Of a DNA stretch of 29,633 nt, positions 25,953 through 29,633 are shown piece by piece; position 1 is the stretch's first letter, and every line of letters starts with the position of its first letter. The stretch lies in the IMG/VR virus record IMGVR_UViG_3300047669_000652, positions 1 through 29,633 of that record; one strand, given 5' to 3'. Origin of the DNA: a virus. Its lineage: Duplodnaviria; Caudoviricetes. The notes below the pieces were generated by a model. The model had not been told where the DNA came from. It searched no databases and was given only the letters and a program-made list of their open reading frames with translations. The position numbers were made by a program, and so were the translations under genes.

Positions 25953-26443
25953 AAAATATTAGAGAATACACTTGGGCAGGAGTTGAAGAAGCAGTTAATT
26001 CAATTGCAATGCAAATGTTTAAAGATGAATGGCGACCAGACTATATTGTGGGTATAACTCGTGGTGGATTAGTACCAGCAGTTCTGCTTTCACATGCAAC
26101 TGACATTCCTATGAAAACATTATGTGTACAATTAGAATCAGATGGTTTAGAAGAAAATACTGAACGTAATGCTCTTATGGCTAGAGATGCATTAAAAGAT
26201 GGTAAGAAAATTTTAATCATTGACGATATCAATCGAGGCGGTGACGCAATGGAATGGATACAGAATGATTGGCAAGCATCAACAGGCATGGTAGGAGACT
26301 ACAAATCAGAAGTATGGCATACTAATGTAAGATTTGCCTCTCTAATTGATAATCCAAATTCTAAAGTTCCAATGGATTATTGTAACGAAGAAATTGATTT
26401 AGACGAAGAAGAACTTTGGATGGAGTTTCCTTGGGAGAGTTAA
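25949..26443 (+). CDS. type I phosphoribosyltransferase (Gpt-like)
   Basis: PDYIVGITRGGLVPA, ILIIDDIN, terminal W..FPWE. Confidence 0.85.
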   Translation: MKNIREYTWAGVEEAVNSIAMQMFKDEWRPDYIVGITRGGLVPAVLLSHATDIPMKTLCVQLESDGLEENTERNALMARDALKDGKKILIIDDINRGGDAMEWIQNDWQASTGMVGDYKSEVWHTNVRFASLIDNPNSKVPMDYCNEEIDLDEEELWMEFPWES

Positions 26444-26742
26444 TAAGACGTTCCAGAGTACAAGAAAGGTTAGCAAGACTTCGTAAAATTGCACAACCCA
26501 AAAAGGTTAAAAGACGGTTTGCATCAGAATTTGAAAACGAAGAATATCTAAAATGGACTCGTATATCTTCTGATAATGTAGATTACGAAGTAAAACCATT
26601 AGTAAAGGGTGCAGGTCGACTAGGAGAATTAGTAGATTGGTGTGACGATAATTGTAATGGAATATATGTTATAGGAAAATCTAATAAAATGTATTTTGAA
26701 GATGATAATGATGCGGCAATGTTCGCTTTGGTATGGAAATGA
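26431..26742 (+). CDS. small hypothetical protein (WC..N / FED..DA..F.L.W family)
   Basis: GGAG + TTG 26431 (track start 26416); VDWCDDNC...MYFEDDNDAAMFALVW. Confidence 0.65.
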   Translation: MGELIRRSRVQERLARLRKIAQPKKVKRRFASEFENEEYLKWTRISSDNVDYEVKPLVKGAGRLGELVDWCDDNCNGIYVIGKSNKMYFEDDNDAAMFALVWK

Positions 26743-27332
26743 ATATAGTAAAAACTGATATTGATATTGATGTAGTTAGCAGAGATGATTTGTTGGTTCA
26801 CTTCGACCATATCCCTGCAATTATAAAAAAGAAAGATGGTGCGTATGATAAACATAATAGTGGTGTCTATCTTCAACCTATTCCCTTTGACCAACTGACT
26901 GGATTATCATCAATTGATTACAAAGAAGCAGAAGACCGTGGCTATTTCAAGTTAGACTTTCTTAATAATAGTTTATATGAAGGCATACGTGATGAAGCCC
27001 ACCTTGATAGCCTGACGGCTCAAGAACCTATTTGGGACTTATTGCAACATGAAGGTGTTATTAAAAATCTAGCACATGTTCACAATCATATTGGAGTCTT
27101 AAGAGTGTTAAAACCACGAAGTATTATAGAATTAGCAGAAGTTCTAGCAATCATACGCCCAGCCAAAAGACCTCTCTTAAACGAGAGTAAGGAAAAAATT
27201 AAAAAAGAAGTATGGGTTAAACCAACCGATGGTTCATATTATTTTAAGAAAGCACATGCAATTGCATATGCAGTAAGTATCGTGGTGCAACTTAATCTAT
27301 TTTGCGAACAAGTTGAACAGAACGCCTCTTAA
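26739..27332 (+). CDS. dnaE: DNA polymerase III alpha (DnaE, family C)-like minimal catalytic core
   Basis: DIDID, KHNSGV, GYFKLDFL, LAIIRP, YYFKKAHAIAYA in DnaE order; ATGA overlap with upstream stop. Confidence 0.8.
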   Translation: MNIVKTDIDIDVVSRDDLLVHFDHIPAIIKKKDGAYDKHNSGVYLQPIPFDQLTGLSSIDYKEAEDRGYFKLDFLNNSLYEGIRDEAHLDSLTAQEPIWDLLQHEGVIKNLAHVHNHIGVLRVLKPRSIIELAEVLAIIRPAKRPLLNESKEKIKKEVWVKPTDGSYYFKKAHAIAYAVSIVVQLNLFCEQVEQNAS

Positions 27333-27684
27333 TTCTCTTTTGAATAATATTCGTTAAACTTGTTTCGGGACCCCATAATACTTCGGTATCTTTAGTATTC
27401 ATATTCACAATACAATCAACAAAAGGTTCTATCTGAGACCTTAGAAATAAGTTTATAGGAATTAAACGATTTGATTCCCACCACCATTGTTCGCCAAGTT
27501 CTATGAAATGCTGCCTTGCTTCCGCAGTTTCAAGCAGTTCAAAGTTGTACATTGACGTTATTGTTGCATCACTATTGATTATTATACCGAGATACTCAGT
27601 ATATTCTTTTTTGTTGCCGTATTTGACACAAGAAAAGAATGGGTAGTTCTCTTGTAACCACTGTATTTTATCTTCATCTATCAT
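27292..27684 (-). CDS. hypothetical late protein
   Basis: About 130 aa (YPFFS..., WWWESNRLIPINLFL, KRIKRRSVQLV); late-promoter-like CATAAATA just upstream; overlaps the dnaE-like 3' end by 41 nt. Confidence 0.8.
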   Translation of the reverse strand: MIDEDKIQWLQENYPFFSCVKYGNKKEYTEYLGIIINSDATITSMYNFELLETAEARQHFIELGEQWWWESNRLIPINLFLRSQIEPFVDCIVNMNTKDTEVLWGPETSLTNIIQKRIKRRSVQLVRKID

Positions 27685-27690
27685 AAACAA

Positions 27691-27730
27691 TATTTATGCA
27701 TCCTAGAAATCGTTCTCTGGAAGATAAATA
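27691..27730. promoter_or_regulatory. divergent pair of late promoters
   Basis: CATAAATA on the minus strand (27691-27698) and GATAAATA on the plus strand (27723-27730). Confidence 0.65.
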
Positions 27731-27735
27731 CAAGC

Positions 27736-28539
27736 ATGATAAACTTTAATTTATACCAATATACAAGAGAAATAGAAGTTGTTGTGCAAGATGGTGCCAA
27801 CGATTCAACTATGACTCAATTCCTGGGGAATATGCCGATGTATGATACTACACACAAACTACACAAGGGTATTGATAATACTCTTAGATTTAAATTTAGG
27901 GACACAGATAGAAAATCTGTAGACCTTACTGGAAAGACTGTTATATGGAAAATGTATGACAGAAGTTCAAGAGAAAATGTACTCTTTAGATACCTAACTG
28001 TAACTAATGCAACAAAAGGAATGGCAACAGTTTCAATTCCAACTTCAGATACAATCCTACTCCCAGAGGGATTTTATCAATTTGCTATGTATACAGTTAA
28101 AGATGGTGTAGAACAAATTATATATACAGATACAAATGATAATGCTCATGGCGTTCTTGAAGTTTTAGATGATGTTTATCCTACATTTTCACCCTCACAG
28201 TCAACAACCACTTTCTTTGATGACGGCAGTAAATACGTTTCTTCTGTATTTGATGGTGCAGGTGATACTATTAAGTCAAAGTCAATTCACACATTCGCTG
28301 TTTATTACACTGGATTTACAGGAGTTATAAAAATACAAGGTGATTTAAGTGAAGTAGCAAGTTCGGCAGATAGCGACTGGTTCGATTTAACTCCAAGACT
28401 TATGTATGACCCGTCTATTACACTTAATAACGAGACTGGTGTACAAGGATATGTTATACAAGCAAACGTTAATTGGATTAGAATTACATACCCAAATACT
28501 GCAACAGGAACTGTAGATAAGATATTAATAAGAAACTAA
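27736..28539 (+). CDS. putative virion protein with BppU-like N-terminal beta-sandwich
   Basis: DNTLRFKFRDTDRKSVDLTG...TKGMATVSI..SDT..L..GFY pattern; late promoter; T/S/G-rich. Confidence 0.6.
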   Translation: MINFNLYQYTREIEVVVQDGANDSTMTQFLGNMPMYDTTHKLHKGIDNTLRFKFRDTDRKSVDLTGKTVIWKMYDRSSRENVLFRYLTVTNATKGMATVSIPTSDTILLPEGFYQFAMYTVKDGVEQIIYTDTNDNAHGVLEVLDDVYPTFSPSQSTTTFFDDGSKYVSSVFDGAGDTIKSKSIHTFAVYYTGFTGVIKIQGDLSEVASSADSDWFDLTPRLMYDPSITLNNETGVQGYVIQANVNWIRITYPNTATGTVDKILIRN

Positions 28540-28547
28540 TTAACCAC

Positions 28548-28576
28548 TTGACTTTTGAGTTCTATTACTGTATTAT
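28548..28576 (+). promoter_or_regulatory. sigma70-type promoter for primase
   Basis: TTGACT-N17-TATTAT. Confidence 0.65.
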
Positions 28577-28582
28577 AACTAC

Positions 28583-29581
28583 ATGGAACTACAACAATCT
28601 GTTTATCAATTCATACCCGGAAAGACAAGACAAAGTTCAGGCGGATGGCTGAGTTTTAATTGTCCGTGCTGTATCGACCAAGGAGAGGCTCGTTCTGATA
28701 CAAGAATGAGAGGTGGGTTAAAGAACGAGGGTGATTTGGTATCATATCATTGCTTCAATTGTGGAATAACCGCATCTCATAGAAAAGGTCAAGTCATAAA
28801 CAAGAATTTTATTAAGTTTATGAGATTACTTGGTGTGCCCGAGAGTGAGATAAAAAGACTACAAATTCAAAGTATAAGAGACAAAGAATTATCAGAGGGG
28901 CCATGGGTGTTTAAATCAAGAACCCAGACTACAAGAATACCATCATTTGCTGGCATGGAATTACCAGAGAGTTCAGAGTCATTAGAAGATATACTAAATA
29001 AAGATACACCACCTGAGGGCGCAATAATGGCCGCAAAATATCTACTTGATAGAGGTGTATATGATTTTGTGGATACATATTGGAGTAGTGCGTTTGGTTT
29101 TAAGAACCGTATTATATTTCCATTCACACAAGGCGACAGAATAGTAGGTTATACAGGAAGAGACTTTACAGGTAAATCTGAGTCTAAGTATATGACAAAA
29201 CAACCAAAGAATTTTTTATATAATTCTGATAAGATTAAAGAAGACAAAGAATATTTAATTGTAGTTGAGGGAACGATTGATGCCGCTGTATTAGGCTGTG
29301 TTGCTATAATGAGTAACGAAGCATCTCAAAATCAAATCGATTACATTAATCAATTCAAGGGAGAAGTTATTGTATGTCCTGATAGAGATAACGCTGGAAA
29401 GAAGTTGATATATCAGGCACAAGAAAATGGTTGGAGTGTTTCATTTCCAATCTGGGAAGACCATATTAAAGATGCCGCAGATTCAGTAAAAGAATACGGA
29501 AAGTTATATACTCTGAAATCAATTGTTGATGGGCGCATAAGTAATAGTACAAAGATAAGTGTAAAAACACGAATAATGTAA
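28583..29581 (+). CDS. gp61: DNA primase (gp61/DnaG-like)
   Basis: Zn-binding CPCC...YHCFNCG, YLLDRG, RIIFPF...GYTGR, TOPRIM VVEGTIDA and PDRDNAG, IKDAAD. Confidence 0.9.
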   Translation: MELQQSVYQFIPGKTRQSSGGWLSFNCPCCIDQGEARSDTRMRGGLKNEGDLVSYHCFNCGITASHRKGQVINKNFIKFMRLLGVPESEIKRLQIQSIRDKELSEGPWVFKSRTQTTRIPSFAGMELPESSESLEDILNKDTPPEGAIMAAKYLLDRGVYDFVDTYWSSAFGFKNRIIFPFTQGDRIVGYTGRDFTGKSESKYMTKQPKNFLYNSDKIKEDKEYLIVVEGTIDAAVLGCVAIMSNEASQNQIDYINQFKGEVIVCPDRDNAGKKLIYQAQENGWSVSFPIWEDHIKDAADSVKEYGKLYTLKSIVDGRISNSTKISVKTRIM

Positions 29582-29633
29582 TTTTAAATAGCGGGTGAAC
29601 CAAACGACCGCACAAAAAAGCGTAGGAGCAAAT

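Noticed and set aside
128-29127. Many minus-strand ORFs in the track (e.g. 128-475, 1287-1679, 10425-10835, 20993-21346, 24540-24977, 28867-29127)
   Set aside because: They lie antisense to well-supported + strand genes and have the S/F/I/L-rich composition of shadow ORFs; only 5683-5976 and 27292-27684 have their own signals
29591-29611. GCGG/CCGC hairpin after primase as a terminator
   Set aside because: Stem is only 4 bp and there is no U-tract on the + strand; an AGGAG at the window end suggests the operon continues
1-29633. Stop-codon reassignment
   Set aside because: Conserved genes are full length in the standard code and end in TAA, TGA or TAG (uvsY); the one broken gene is a frameshift, not an in-frame stop

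Overview
AT-rich segment of a large T4-related (myovirus-type, probably jumbo) bacteriophage genome; nearly all genes are on the + strand. The gene set (UvsX/Y/W and gp32 together with a DnaE-type polymerase piece) resembles Rak2/GAP32-like large phages (inference). 0.6-9.1 kb is a late morphogenesis block: tail tube, baseplate/tube-junction protein, gp4-like nuclease, putative TerS, head-internal/core proteins and TerL, driven by a recurrent GATAAATA late-promoter motif. 9.4-17.6 kb holds gp32 SSB, UvsX, UvsY, class Ia NrdA/NrdB and a cytidylyltransferase-cupin fusion. 17.7-22 kb holds sigma70-driven accessory genes, including PRPP synthetase, a frameshifted ORF and an AAA ATPase. 22.1-29.6 kb holds UvsW, a putative clamp-loader subunit, a phosphoribosyltransferase, a ~200-aa DnaE-like core, a virion protein and primase. 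The most notable observations are a multi-stem, possibly pseudoknotted non-coding element between the gp4-like gene and putative TerS, a miniaturised C-family polymerase core, a Cys-rich motif shared by two unrelated proteins, a stand-alone Hint-like protein after uvsW, and apparently leaderless transcripts. All assignments come from reading motifs by eye; no searches were run.
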